Source: a virus (taxonomy: Duplodnaviria > Caudoviricetes). Taken from it: 38,734 bases of DNA. Position numbers and translations under genes: made by a program. Below, one piece after another: positions 27,828 to 36,842 of this stretch. The first letter of the stretch is position 1. Every line of letters begins with the position of its first letter. The notes below the pieces were generated by a model. That model was not told the origin of the DNA. It saw nothing but the letters and a program-made list of their open reading frames with translations, and searched no databases. The stretch is taken from positions 1 through 38,734 of the IMG/VR virus record IMGVR_UViG_3300022178_003667; one strand, written 5' to 3'.

Positions 27828-28778
27828 ATGGCTACAACTACAAGTATTACTACAACTTATGCAGGTGAATTTGCTGGGAAATATATTTCCGCAGCTCTTT
27901 TATCTGGTAACACTATTGCTAACGGTGGATTAACTGTTAGACCTAATGTTAAATTTAAAGAGGTTGTTAAGAGAATGGAATTAGATGGTATCGTGAAAGA
28001 TGGTACTTGTGATTTCGCAGACACATCTACATTAACTTTAACTGAAAGAATCCTTCAACCAGAGGAGTTTCAAGTAAATTTAGAGTTATGTAAGAAAGAT
28101 TTTAGAAGTGATTGGGAGGCAATCCAAATGGGTTACTCCGCTTTTGATGACTTACCTAAGACATTCCAAGAATACCTAATTATGCACGTAGCTGCGAAGG
28201 TAGCACAAAAAACAGAAAACACTATTTGGAAAGGAGTTAATGCAACTGCTGGAGAATTTGATGGATTTGAGGTTTTATTAGCTGCTGATGCTGCTTTACC
28301 TGCTGCACAAGAAGTTGCAGGAATACCTGTAACTGCTGCAAACGTAGTAGCTGAATTAGGTAAGATTGTGGATGCTGTTCCATCATCTTTATACGGTAGA
28401 GATGATTTCTATATCTACGTATCTCAAAACATCTTTAGAGCATATAAGCGTTCTTTAGGAGGTTTCCAATCAGGAGGTCAAGGAGCTAATGGTTTTATGG
28501 CACAAGGAAATAACCAAGATATTAACGTAATTTGGTTTGACGGAGTTAAGTTGTTTATGGCTAACGGATTGTCTGATGATACTGCGGTTGCTACAACTAA
28601 AGACAACTTATGGTTTGGTACAGGACTAATGTCTGACCATAACGAAGTTAAGATTTTAGATATGGATGACTTAGATGGTTCTCAGAACGTAAGAGTAATT
28701 ATGAGATTTACTGCTGGTATTCAGTACGGAGTAGTAGAAGATATTGTAACATACGGTATTACAAACGGAGCTAACTAA
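27828..28778 (+). CDS. Major capsid protein
   Basis: MATTTSITTTYAGEFAGKYISAALLS...LQPEEFQVNLELCK...DGSQNVRVIMRF. Confidence 0.88.
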   Translation: MATTTSITTTYAGEFAGKYISAALLSGNTIANGGLTVRPNVKFKEVVKRMELDGIVKDGTCDFADTSTLTLTERILQPEEFQVNLELCKKDFRSDWEAIQMGYSAFDDLPKTFQEYLIMHVAAKVAQKTENTIWKGVNATAGEFDGFEVLLAADAALPAAQEVAGIPVTAANVVAELGKIVDAVPSSLYGRDDFYIYVSQNIFRAYKRSLGGFQSGGQGANGFMAQGNNQDINVIWFDGVKLFMANGLSDDTAVATTKDNLWFGTGLMSDHNEVKILDMDDLDGSQNVRVIMRFTAGIQYGVVEDIVTYGITNGAN

Positions 28779-28803
28779 TAATTAGCCTTAATATAAAAAT
28801 AAC

Positions 28804-28833
28804 AAGGGTAGGTTTAACTACCTACCCTTTTTT
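28804..28833 (+). terminator. Intrinsic terminator after the capsid gene
   Basis: AAGGGTAGGT/ACCTACCCTT plus T-tract. Confidence 0.75.
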
Positions 28834-28857
28834 AATAACAAATAAAACATAAAGATT

Positions 28858-29412
28858 TTGAGTTGTGATATTTCAAGAGGTAGATTAGAGCCTTGTAAAG
28901 ACTCTGTAGGAGGGTTAAACGCTATCTATTTCGTAAACAAAGGAGATATTGATTTAACAGACGTTACATACGATGTTACTGATACAGATGTGATTGATTC
29001 TGTTGGTACTGGTGTAGCTGCTTATAAATTCGATATTAGAAACGCATCAACATTTACAGAGAACATTCAGTCTAGTAGAGAGAATGGAACTACTGTATTT
29101 GAGCAGGTGCTAGAATTAACTTTAAGCAAGTTAACCAAAGAAGACCATAAAACCGTTAAATTACTTTCTTACGGAAGTCCTACTATTTTAGTAGAAGATA
29201 ATAACGGAAACGTATTTATTGCAGGACTAGAACATGGTTGCGATGTAACTGGTGGTACTATAGTAAGTGGTGGTGCAATGGGTGATTTAAGTGGATATAC
29301 TCTATCTTTCTCAGGAATGGAAAGAGTACCTGCAAACTTTATATTAGCTAATGCTAGTGGAGTTGCTGCTGCTTTAACTGCTGTTGGATTTACAGTAACG
29401 GCAGGAGTTTAG
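28858..29412 (+). CDS. Major tail tube protein (TTG start)
   Basis: CDISRGRLEPCKDSVGGL...SRENGTT.FEQ...GDLSGYTL. Confidence 0.75.
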   Translation: MSCDISRGRLEPCKDSVGGLNAIYFVNKGDIDLTDVTYDVTDTDVIDSVGTGVAAYKFDIRNASTFTENIQSSRENGTTVFEQVLELTLSKLTKEDHKTVKLLSYGSPTILVEDNNGNVFIAGLEHGCDVTGGTIVSGGAMGDLSGYTLSFSGMERVPANFILANASGVAAALTAVGFTVTAGV

Positions 29413-29430
29413 TAGAGAAATAAATAAGTA

Positions 29431-29462
29431 AAACCCCTTGCTTTTATTAGTAAGGGGTTTAT
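29431..29462. terminator. Bidirectional terminator between convergent operons
   Basis: AAACCCCTTGCT/AGTAAGGGGTTT. Confidence 0.75.
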
Positions 29463-29486
29463 TTGTTTAAGTTATACGCAATTAAG

Positions 29487-29744
29487 TTATAAATTGTTAT
29501 AGCTTGTACCACCGTCTATTGGCTCATCGTTATCTAAAAACCCCTTAATAATAGAGTTAGATATAAAATCATCTAATGCTCTTTTTATACCCTCACAAGC
29601 CAAATACTTCTCCTCTTCTTCATAATACATTAATGCGTGTTGCATATCTATTATTAAACACCCAGAATATAACTCCGATATAGCTTGCGCGTAATAACTA
29701 TCTATTACTCTTTTATTTCTTCTTTCTAAATCAGATGTTATCAT
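29487..29744 (-). CDS. Hypothetical protein
   Basis: YEEEEKYLACEGIKRA motif; ORF track. Confidence 0.6.
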   Translation of the reverse strand: MITSDLERRNKRVIDSYYAQAISELYSGCLIIDMQHALMYYEEEEKYLACEGIKRALDDFISNSIIKGFLDNDEPIDGGTSYNNL

Positions 29745-29949
29745 TTATGTATTTGTATTTTGCTAATCTAGCATCTTTCTCTATTTTTACCAACTTACGA
29801 AAGTAAGGATTGGATTCGTACAGATTCTTTGTATCTGGCACAACCTGATAGTTAATTAGATTGAAATTGTTTTTTAAATAATTCTCCAACTTCACTACCA
29901 ACTCGTTTTCTACCTCTATTGTTAAATTTATCGTACTTGTATTTTTCAT
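29731..29949 (-). CDS. Hypothetical protein
   Basis: ORF track. Confidence 0.6.
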   Translation of the reverse strand: MKNTSTINLTIEVENELVVKLENYLKNNFNLINYQVVPDTKNLYESNPYFRKLVKIEKDARLAKYKYINDNI

Positions 29950-30052
29950 ACCTTCTCGATTCTTTCTTTTGTTCCGTATGGTTTTGCTCCTTAATACCTG
30001 TTATTAGATTTAGCCCTAAATCCCAAAAACTTTTATTTTTTGTATCTCTCAT
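29852..30052 (-). CDS. Hypothetical protein
   Basis: Follows a host-type promoter (TTTG-N19-TATATTTG, 30057-30087); overlaps the next ORF. Confidence 0.4.
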   Translation of the reverse strand: MRDTKNKSFWDLGLNLITGIKEQNHTEQKKESRRYEKYKYDKFNNRGRKRVGSEVGELFKKQFQSN

Positions 30053-30068
30053 AGGTCAAATATACGAA

Positions 30069-30557
30069 TTATTTATAAACTGACAAATATCTTTGCAAGT
30101 TTTTTACTATTTTAGCAACACAACTACTACAAGATGTATTTCTATTCTCGTTATATGAAAAAACATAGTTGTAAATATCTACCAATCTTTGCTTTTCGCT
30201 AAAATCAACCTTACCTTTATAATTATTGAAGAAATTGGTTAGAAAGATATAATCTTCTTCCGTAACGCATTTAACCGTCTTATACTTAAAAATATCGTTC
30301 CACTCATCTTTTCTTTCATCACAACCACAATCATCACCTGCAATAAACTTAACAACCTTATCTATACCAGTAGCTTTAGTTATTTTAGCGACAGTATCTC
30401 CCAAACCTTTAGGTTGCTTCTCTATATTTTCTTTTAAAGAGTTGTAGTTATTCTTAGATAACCATTCCTTGTACTCCCTATAATCTTTAGACCTTTTATC
30501 TATTGTTTCGTAGTAACCTTTTTTCTCTAACTCTATGTAATACTTATCTTCTTTCAT
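30069..30557 (-). CDS. Conserved phage protein (KGLGDTV.KITKATGI...CGCDERK...C..C)
   Basis: Recognisable motif; Cys pairs suggest metal binding. Confidence 0.75.
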   Translation of the reverse strand: MKEDKYYIELEKKGYYETIDKRSKDYREYKEWLSKNNYNSLKENIEKQPKGLGDTVAKITKATGIDKVVKFIAGDDCGCDERKDEWNDIFKYKTVKCVTEEDYIFLTNFFNNYKGKVDFSEKQRLVDIYNYVFSYNENRNTSCSSCVAKIVKNLQRYLSVYK

Positions 30558-30560
30558 TAT

Positions 30561-31094
30561 TTATTTAATTTTATGATAATCTTTATTAAAATAATCTTGC
30601 AAATCTTCTGATAACTCAGCCCTAACAATTTCTCTGTAATTTTGGATAGAGTTATGTATAGAACTAAGACCAATACCTGTTTCTTTAGATATCTTTCTTA
30701 AAGAGATTCCTTGCATAAAATATATCTCAAACAGCCTTTTATCGTACACAGTCCAATCTTTAGTAATATCTTTAATTTTTGTATTTAGTAAATCGAAAGC
30801 TATATTTTCATCTTCATCATATAAATCGTCATCAACAATATCTTTATCTAGTAAATCAAATTCAGGATTTTTATTCATTTTCTTTAGTCTTGAAAAATAC
30901 ATATTTCTTAAAGTAATGTAAACATAATACCTATTTACATCATCCCTATACATTATCCTAGACTCATCCTTAACTAAATCATAAAGCCTAAGATACATAT
31001 CTTGAACAATATCTTTAGCTAATACAGGATTGCATCCTAAGTTCACAAGCATCTGTAACCATAATACGTGATGTTTCGCAAGTTTATCTAACAT
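30561..31094 (-). CDS. ECF-like RNA polymerase sigma factor
   Basis: Region-2-like AKDIVQDMYLRL and region-4 HTH SLRKISKETGIGLSSIHNSI; 177 aa. Confidence 0.75.
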   Translation of the reverse strand: MLDKLAKHHVLWLQMLVNLGCNPVLAKDIVQDMYLRLYDLVKDESRIMYRDDVNRYYVYITLRNMYFSRLKKMNKNPEFDLLDKDIVDDDLYDEDENIAFDLLNTKIKDITKDWTVYDKRLFEIYFMQGISLRKISKETGIGLSSIHNSIQNYREIVRAELSEDLQDYFNKDYHKIK

Positions 31095-31489
31095 TAAATC
31101 TCTTTTATTATTATTTCTACTCTAGGATTATCTCTATCAATTTCCGTAGGCAGGATTGTCTCTTTCTTAACAAATTCATCATTATCATCTTCCCAGCACC
31201 CACACTCAGTAATTGCATCTAATAAATACTTACTTACAACACTTACTACATTCATTTTATCTAAACGTCTTTTAGAGCCTTTTAAGACCTTATAAGTAAC
31301 TTCAACAGGCGTTAGTATAGAAAGACCATCCAACTGCTCTCTAATCGCCTCTAAATACCTTATTTTAGCATCATTGTTTATTCTGTGATGCAGATTTCTG
31401 TAAGTATTCATATTTAAGTACACTCTTTTATCTTTTTTAGTCTTTCTTGGTAAATCTACAAATAAAGGAGATGTGATTTTATGAATCAT
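31094..31489 (-). CDS. RusA-like Holliday junction resolvase
   Basis: RRLDKMN...LLDAI...DDN...PRVEI; ATG 31489 preferred. Confidence 0.75.
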   Translation of the reverse strand: MIHKITSPLFVDLPRKTKKDKRVYLNMNTYRNLHHRINNDAKIRYLEAIREQLDGLSILTPVEVTYKVLKGSKRRLDKMNVVSVVSKYLLDAITECGCWEDDNDEFVKKETILPTEIDRDNPRVEIIIKEI

Positions 31490-31658
31490 TGCTTTGTAGT
31501 TTTTGAATATAAAGACAAGCATCCATTAACTCTTCCTTTAGGTGTTGTAAAAAATCATCCTTATTATTGTCTTGTAATGTTGTATTGTACTTGGTAATAC
31601 CTATACAACTTCTTATATCAAACTCTTTCTTTAAATCTTCTACTATTTTATCTTTCAT
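31479..31658 (-). CDS. Small phage protein, possibly MazG/dNTP-pyrophosphatase-like fold
   Basis: GITKYNTTL...LQHLKEELMDACLY. Confidence 0.5.
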   Translation of the reverse strand: MKDKIVEDLKKEFDIRSCIGITKYNTTLQDNNKDDFLQHLKEELMDACLYIQKLQSNDS

Positions 31659-32056
31659 TATAAATCCATTTTGACATTGTTCCACCTACTTATAGCTCCC
31701 AACCTACTATTCTCCGAATGAGTCACAAACCTAATATTCCCAATAATATATCCCTTTGATGAATCTATCCTATCTATTGATGGAGATAATTTATTATTAT
31801 AATTAGAATTAACCCAATCGTTATACAAAACCTCAAATCCGATTGATTCTAATGCCCATTTATAGAAAACATCCCTACTTAACAACTCAAGCCCTTTGTA
31901 GATATAAGACTTGTTTTTCTGAACACCCTTAACTCTTCTGCTCATGTTATTATAGGTTAACATTAATTTACCTTTAGGTGTTTTCCAATACCTACTATTG
32001 TTTAAAGACAATGAATTTAGTTTATCTTTTTTTGTTAAATATTTTTTACTTGCCAT
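31658..32056 (-). CDS. HNH-type endonuclease
   Basis: PSIDRIDSSKGYIIGNIRFVTHSEN. Confidence 0.75.
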   Translation of the reverse strand: MASKKYLTKKDKLNSLSLNNSRYWKTPKGKLMLTYNNMSRRVKGVQKNKSYIYKGLELLSRDVFYKWALESIGFEVLYNDWVNSNYNNKLSPSIDRIDSSKGYIIGNIRFVTHSENSRLGAISRWNNVKMDL

Positions 32057-32805
32057 TACTTAAATTTTGATACTTTGCCATAATTCTCTAAAATCATTGG
32101 AACGGCAATAGCTTCTTTACCACCAATTACAACACCACAACCAATAGCAGGTTTCTTTCCTGCTTTAGCATATCCAAACGCATACTGCTCGTGGTCTATT
32201 CCACAACCAACTTGCATACCAAACACTCTATTTTTACGACCTACAATGTATTCAACGTACAGCTGAGTGTGTAAATGTCCTTGCACTACAGATTGTAAAT
32301 CATTTTTACATTTACCTCTAGCGGTTCCGCCTTCTCCATGAGCATACAAAACCCCATCATGCTCTAATTCTGTATGAAATCTCCAATTAGGAACACCAAG
32401 AACTTCATTATATTCTCTAATCCATTCTCTAGGAATACCTCCTGATTGTGCTTTTCTCATTATAAGTCTACTATGGTTACCTATGATTACATCAACGTTA
32501 GGAAATTGTTTATAGTATCTTGCTAACCTCTTTTTAGCAAATTCTAATTCTTCTCCACCACCCATTCCGTTAGCATCTGTTTCGTGATAAGAGCTGTAAT
32601 GGTGGTCTAATTCATCGCCAATATGCACAACTTTGTTACAGTTGTATCTTTCGTAAGTGTCAACCAAGAAATCTAAGTAAGTACATAAATCAAATGGGCA
32701 ATGAGTGTCCCCTATAATTAAAACCCTACTTTCTTCGCTAGTCCATTTATCGTACATCTTTTTTACCTGACCTCTTAATCTAGGTCTAAATGATTTTTTA
32801 GTCAT
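32056..32805 (-). CDS. Calcineurin-like metallophosphoesterase
   Basis: GDTH, GDELD, GNH, HG and GHLH motifs. Confidence 0.88.
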   Translation of the reverse strand: MTKKSFRPRLRGQVKKMYDKWTSEESRVLIIGDTHCPFDLCTYLDFLVDTYERYNCNKVVHIGDELDHHYSSYHETDANGMGGGEELEFAKKRLARYYKQFPNVDVIIGNHSRLIMRKAQSGGIPREWIREYNEVLGVPNWRFHTELEHDGVLYAHGEGGTARGKCKNDLQSVVQGHLHTQLYVEYIVGRKNRVFGMQVGCGIDHEQYAFGYAKAGKKPAIGCGVVIGGKEAIAVPMILENYGKVSKFK

Positions 32806-32887
32806 ATTATTTATATTTATATAAATGTATTAATTTATGTTATTTTTTAAAAATATACTTATTAACAAATATATTGTTGTTTTAATT

Positions 32888-33145
32888 TTAAATATTTTCT
32901 AAGTCTATTAATATCTTTTTTAAAGCATCAGAACAATCATCATAATCATTACTAATTAGTGCTTTCTGTTCATCTATTCTTTTGATTGATAAAAATTTTT
33001 TACCTACCCAAATACCAAAACTCCTTCCGTTTTCAACTAATCTTATATAGTTCCCAGTTTTTTTATTGTAGAAGATTGTATTTATATCATTTAAAATAAT
33101 ATGATTCCATTCTTTCAAAGTGTAATTCAAGGCATTTTTATCCAT
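32888..33145 (-). CDS. Hypothetical protein
   Basis: ORF track. Confidence 0.6.
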   Translation of the reverse strand: MDKNALNYTLKEWNHIILNDINTIFYNKKTGNYIRLVENGRSFGIWVGKKFLSIKRIDEQKALISNDYDDCSDALKKILIDLENI

Positions 33146-33294
33146 TTATAAAGGTTTTTTGCTTTGGTTAAAGTCATATTAATAGTAGTTAGAGTTAATA
33201 TGGTGCTAGATGCCTATCCATTACGTTCAGCGACCATCTATAATTTACTAAGGTAATTGCTGAAACATTATCCCTTTCAATCGCACCATACTAA

Positions 33295-33427
33295 CAATAA
33301 CAATGTATATAAAAAATAGGGGGTGGCGTAGTCAAACCTAATTGTTTCTTTACTAAATTACCACTGGCGAAACGTCTATTATGTACCTATTTTAAACCCC
33401 TAAATTTCATATACTTTAAAGTTATAT
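33295..33427. repeat. attC-like site E
   Basis: CAATAAC-AAT-GTATATAAAAAATAGGGG...CCCCTAAATTTCATATAC-TTTAAA-GTTATAT. Confidence 0.8.
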
Positions 33428-33435
33428 GCAAGTGC

Positions 33436-34200
33436 TTAATGTTCGTGCAATATCAATTCTATGTCCTTTAAATCTTTTTCTTTTATTTTTTTTTCCATCC
33501 TCTCACTCGCAACCTTAAAATATTCATCATTTAATTCCATACCTAAAAAACGCCTATTTGTGTTCAAACAAGCTATTCCAGTAGAGCAACTTCCCATTGT
33601 ATTGTCCACAACTAAATCGCCTTCATCTGTAAATAAGTTTATTAAAAACTCGTTAAGTTCTACATTTTTTTGAGTTGGGTGCAATTGAGGGCTAAACACA
33701 TTCGTATATTTTAAAACTGTTCTTGGATAGCCTGTTTTAGTCATTGTGTATTCATTACTTCTGCTTCTTCTTGTTCCATAAACACCACTTTCGTCAGGTC
33801 TTTTAACTTTCTTATTGCAATCTTTTAAAGTTGGGTTGTATTTAGGTAATTTTTTGTAAAATACTAATATATTTTCGTGGCTTCTTAAAGGCATTTTCTT
33901 TGCGTTAAAGAAGCCAACAGGTTTTGTTTTTTCCCAAATAATTTCGTATCTAAAATATTTTCTATAAGCATTAATCAAATCACTTGCAAAAGGTTGTTGT
34001 GCATAAAGTAATATTATACCATTATCAGTAATTATTCTATCATAATGCTTAAATAAAATATCTAAATCAAGGGTTTTATCCCATTCGTTTTTATCAGTAG
34101 TTCCATAAGGTAAATCACATAAAATCATATTTACGCTTTTATTAGGTACTTCTTCCATAATTTTAAGGCAATCACCTTTTAATAAACTTAATGTATTCAT
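33436..34200 (-). CDS. N4/N6 DNA methyltransferase (beta class), cassette cargo
   Basis: GDCL, CDLPY, IIWEK, HPTQK, DNTMGSCSTG. Confidence 0.9.
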   Translation of the reverse strand: MNTLSLLKGDCLKIMEEVPNKSVNMILCDLPYGTTDKNEWDKTLDLDILFKHYDRIITDNGIILLYAQQPFASDLINAYRKYFRYEIIWEKTKPVGFFNAKKMPLRSHENILVFYKKLPKYNPTLKDCNKKVKRPDESGVYGTRRSRSNEYTMTKTGYPRTVLKYTNVFSPQLHPTQKNVELNEFLINLFTDEGDLVVDNTMGSCSTGIACLNTNRRFLGMELNDEYFKVASERMEKKIKEKDLKDIELILHEH

Positions 34201-34289
34201 TTTGCTATCGCAATTTGCCCTCGCTCAAAAATAAAAGAAAAAGGGTCGGTTAATAATTCAAACTTTTGTGCTTTAAAGTCGCACCAGAC

Positions 34290-34421
34290 ATATAACAACG
34301 TATATAAAAAAGGCGGTGTAATTTATTGAGTATCGGAGCTATCTGCACGTCTGCAAGGTCATTGCCACAATAAACGTCACTTACTTTTAATCCGCCCATT
34401 TCATATACAAGTACGTTGGTA
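34290..34421. repeat. attC-like site F
   Basis: ATATAAC-AAC-GTATATAAAAAAGGCGG...CCGCCCATTTCATATAC-AAGTAC-GTTGGTA. Confidence 0.8.
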
Positions 34422-34443
34422 ACAATTGCTAAAAAAAGCCACC

Positions 34444-34944
34444 TCACTCGGTCGGCTCACTCTTAATGAAACAAATCCAATGAGTTTGCATAGCTTTTCC
34501 GCTTTTATGTCCGTAAAGCGGTTTTTCTTCTGTTAAAGCTAAGATTTCTTTTATTGGTATTCTACATTCATTCCATTTAAAAATTAGTGTTCCATTTGGT
34601 TTTAATACTCTAAAACATTCTATAAATCCTTTTCTTAACATTTCTTTCCAATCACCGGTTAAATGTCCATATTGTTTACATATTGCACCAGTCATAGTTT
34701 TTTGTGGTATATGTGGTGGGTCAAAAACAATATGGTAAAATGAATTATCTTCTTGTTTTATATTTGTAAAATCCCCTATTTCATCAGGTTCAACTATTAT
34801 ATTTCTATCATAGCCATCTTTTCTTTTTATTATGTGTTTCTCTTGTCTTTTATCTAAAAACAATGCTCTTTCATCTTGTTTATTAAACCACATACTTTTT
34901 GGCCCACAGCAAACATCTAATACTTTTTTCCTACTCATAATCAT
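34444..34944 (-). CDS. SAM-dependent (DNA amino-)methyltransferase, cassette cargo
   Basis: VLDVCCG..SMWF, VFDPPH, ECFRVLKPNG.LIFKW; start placed inside the cassette (34944 or 34938). Confidence 0.82.
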   Translation of the reverse strand: MIMSRKKVLDVCCGPKSMWFNKQDERALFLDKRQEKHIIKRKDGYDRNIIVEPDEIGDFTNIKQEDNSFYHIVFDPPHIPQKTMTGAICKQYGHLTGDWKEMLRKGFIECFRVLKPNGTLIFKWNECRIPIKEILALTEEKPLYGHKSGKAMQTHWICFIKSEPTE

Positions 34945-34986
34945 TTTATTTTTTTGCAAAAATAAGTGGCTTTTTTTATCAACAGT

Positions 34987-35117
34987 AACCAACAACGTAT
35001 ATAATTTATTGCTGCTAATCACTGTTTTACCAAGTTATTTTTATTATTTATACTATTCTATTATTTAATTATTTCAGTTCTTTAAATCGCAACAAACCAT
35101 ATACAAATACGTTAGCA
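34987..35117. repeat. attC-like site G
   Basis: AACCAAC-AAC-GTATATAATTTATTGC...GCAACAAACCATATAC-AAATAC-GTTAGCA. Confidence 0.8.
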
Positions 35118-35121
35118 TTAA

Positions 35122-35382
35122 TTAAGATTCTAGCCAATCTGCATAAGATTTGAAGTTATCAGCACTTTCAACGTGCTTAATTATAGATTCCAAATCATTA
35201 GGTATATATAACCAACTTGCAGATAGTTCCCAACTATAATTTTGCCATATATTACCGCACTCATCTAGTGTGCAAAGTATATCTCTGTGCAATACCAATG
35301 CTTTTTGTATTCTAATCAAATCTTCTTTAGGTTCTTGCTTATGGTATTCGTCTGTTACTATTTGGTCTCGTAAGTGTATCAT
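35122..35382 (-). CDS. Cassette cargo, hypothetical protein
   Basis: Fills the G-H cassette. Confidence 0.7.
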   Translation of the reverse strand: MIHLRDQIVTDEYHKQEPKEDLIRIQKALVLHRDILCTLDECGNIWQNYSWELSASWLYIPNDLESIIKHVESADNFKSYADWLES

Positions 35383-35392
35383 AATTAACTAA

Positions 35393-35489
35393 TGCTAACA
35401 ATGGCTATAAATAAAAGCCTTTGCTAAGGTTATTTCTTTGAATCAATCATTTGTTATACGGCTTCAATTCATAGCCGTAGCCGTTGGTA
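35393..35489. repeat. attC-like site H
   Basis: TGCTAAC-AAT-GGCTATAAATAAAAGCC...GGCTTCAATTCATAGCC-GTAGCC-GTTGGTA. Confidence 0.8.
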
Positions 35490-35523
35490 ACAATTGCTAA
35501 AAAAGCCACCTCACTCTTGTAGC

Positions 35524-36429
35524 TTACTCATATTCGTGAAAATTGAATATATTAGTTTGATAATTTATTTCTTGATGCGTTTCACTCACTTCGTCTAAAT
35601 CTTTTACACCACAAGCTAAACCATTGCAATCTGTTAATGGTTGTGGTGGTCTGCCTTTCATCATTGAAATATCTTTTATGTTTGGGTAGTCTGGGTGCGG
35701 TTTTAGAAATACTAAACCCCCTCCTTTGCTTTGGTCTTTTAACATTGTTACGGGTTCGCCTTTTAAGTCTGTTAGTTCGTGTTCAATCTTAGACATTGCG
35801 TTAAATTTAGAGAGCCATATTCCACCCATGTCCCTAAATTTTTGCCAGTACCCTATTCCTCCTTGCACGCAACCTCCAGTTGTAGGGGTTGAACCTAAAC
35901 AATTGTTATTTAAAAATCCTAGTACATAAGCCATTGGTAATTTTAAACCTTCATCTTGTATTAACTGAACACAATCTTTTTTTGTATATCCGTACATCAA
36001 TAATGGAAATATAGGTTTTGCAGTTTTACGATAATTGTTAACCATAGATTTAACTCGTCTAATTTCATCAACATCAAATCCAAATGCTTGTGCTTGGTAA
36101 CTATTTTCTTTTTCCCATTCTTTTCTTAATTGTCTTTTTAATTCAGAAGAACAAACTGCACCACCAGCAACATTTAAAGATTTGTATTTATACCAAACAT
36201 CTTGTATTTTTTCATACTTTTTACCTTTACCTATTCTTGTAATAGTTTCAATTTCCTTACCATACCATTTTTCACAGTCTTTTTTAAATCTGTAAGTGTC
36301 TTCATCTTCATTAAATGTATCAATGAAAATTAATCTTACGTTTTCAACTCCATAAATGTCTATGCAAAGTTTACAAGTTACTGCACTTGTAACACCACCA
36401 GACCACCAACCTATTATTTTATTTTTCAT
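35524..36429 (-). CDS. PAPS-reductase-like (PP-loop adenine nucleotide alpha-hydrolase) protein, cassette cargo
   Basis: WWSGGVTSA PP-loop, EDEDTYRF, C...LK, GF.NNNC....GCV.GG.GYW. Confidence 0.75.
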   Translation of the reverse strand: MKNKIIGWWSGGVTSAVTCKLCIDIYGVENVRLIFIDTFNEDEDTYRFKKDCEKWYGKEIETITRIGKGKKYEKIQDVWYKYKSLNVAGGAVCSSELKRQLRKEWEKENSYQAQAFGFDVDEIRRVKSMVNNYRKTAKPIFPLLMYGYTKKDCVQLIQDEGLKLPMAYVLGFLNNNCLGSTPTTGGCVQGGIGYWQKFRDMGGIWLSKFNAMSKIEHELTDLKGEPVTMLKDQSKGGGLVFLKPHPDYPNIKDISMMKGRPPQPLTDCNGLACGVKDLDEVSETHQEINYQTNIFNFHEYE

Positions 36430-36653
36430 AATTCTATAATTTCTTTTGTTTCTTCTTTAAAATAATCCCTTGCCATTTCTAAATTAGAGTAACTTAAATC
36501 ACAAGGTAATAATTCTGTAAAATATCCATTTAACCAAAGTTCATCGCTTTTATATCTTTTCCAATACCCCCCAAATAAATTAAAAAACCATTTGTTTTTA
36601 TAATATTCTGGATAATACCTATTACCTTCTTTTACTATTCTTTTATCACTCAT
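36426..36653 (-). CDS. Cassette cargo, hypothetical protein
   Basis: ATGA-coupled to the PP-loop gene. Confidence 0.65.
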   Translation of the reverse strand: MSDKRIVKEGNRYYPEYYKNKWFFNLFGGYWKRYKSDELWLNGYFTELLPCDLSYSNLEMARDYFKEETKEIIEL

Positions 36654-36701
36654 ATTCTTTATTTTAATTTTTCAAATTAATGTGGCTTTTTTAGCAACTG
36701 T

Positions 36702-36832
36702 AACCAACAATGTGTATAATTTAGTGCTACTAATCGTCTGTTTAACCACTTATTTTTATCATTTACACTATTCTACTATTTATTAATTTTCTTGCTTTAA
36801 ATCGCACCAAACCATACACAAATACGTTGGTA
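36702..36832. repeat. attC-like site I (paralogue of G)
   Basis: AACCAAC-AAT-GTGTATAATTTAGTGC...GCACCAAACCATACAC-AAATAC-GTTGGTA. Confidence 0.8.
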
Positions 36833-36842
36833 GTAATGTGCC

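Noticed and set aside
34250-34447. 65-aa ORF spanning site F; also the track's extended start (35022) for the methyltransferase and ORF 16168-16545
   Set aside because: They run across whole palindromic sites or antisense to real genes; probably incidental frames, although a read-through role for the 35022 start cannot be excluded.
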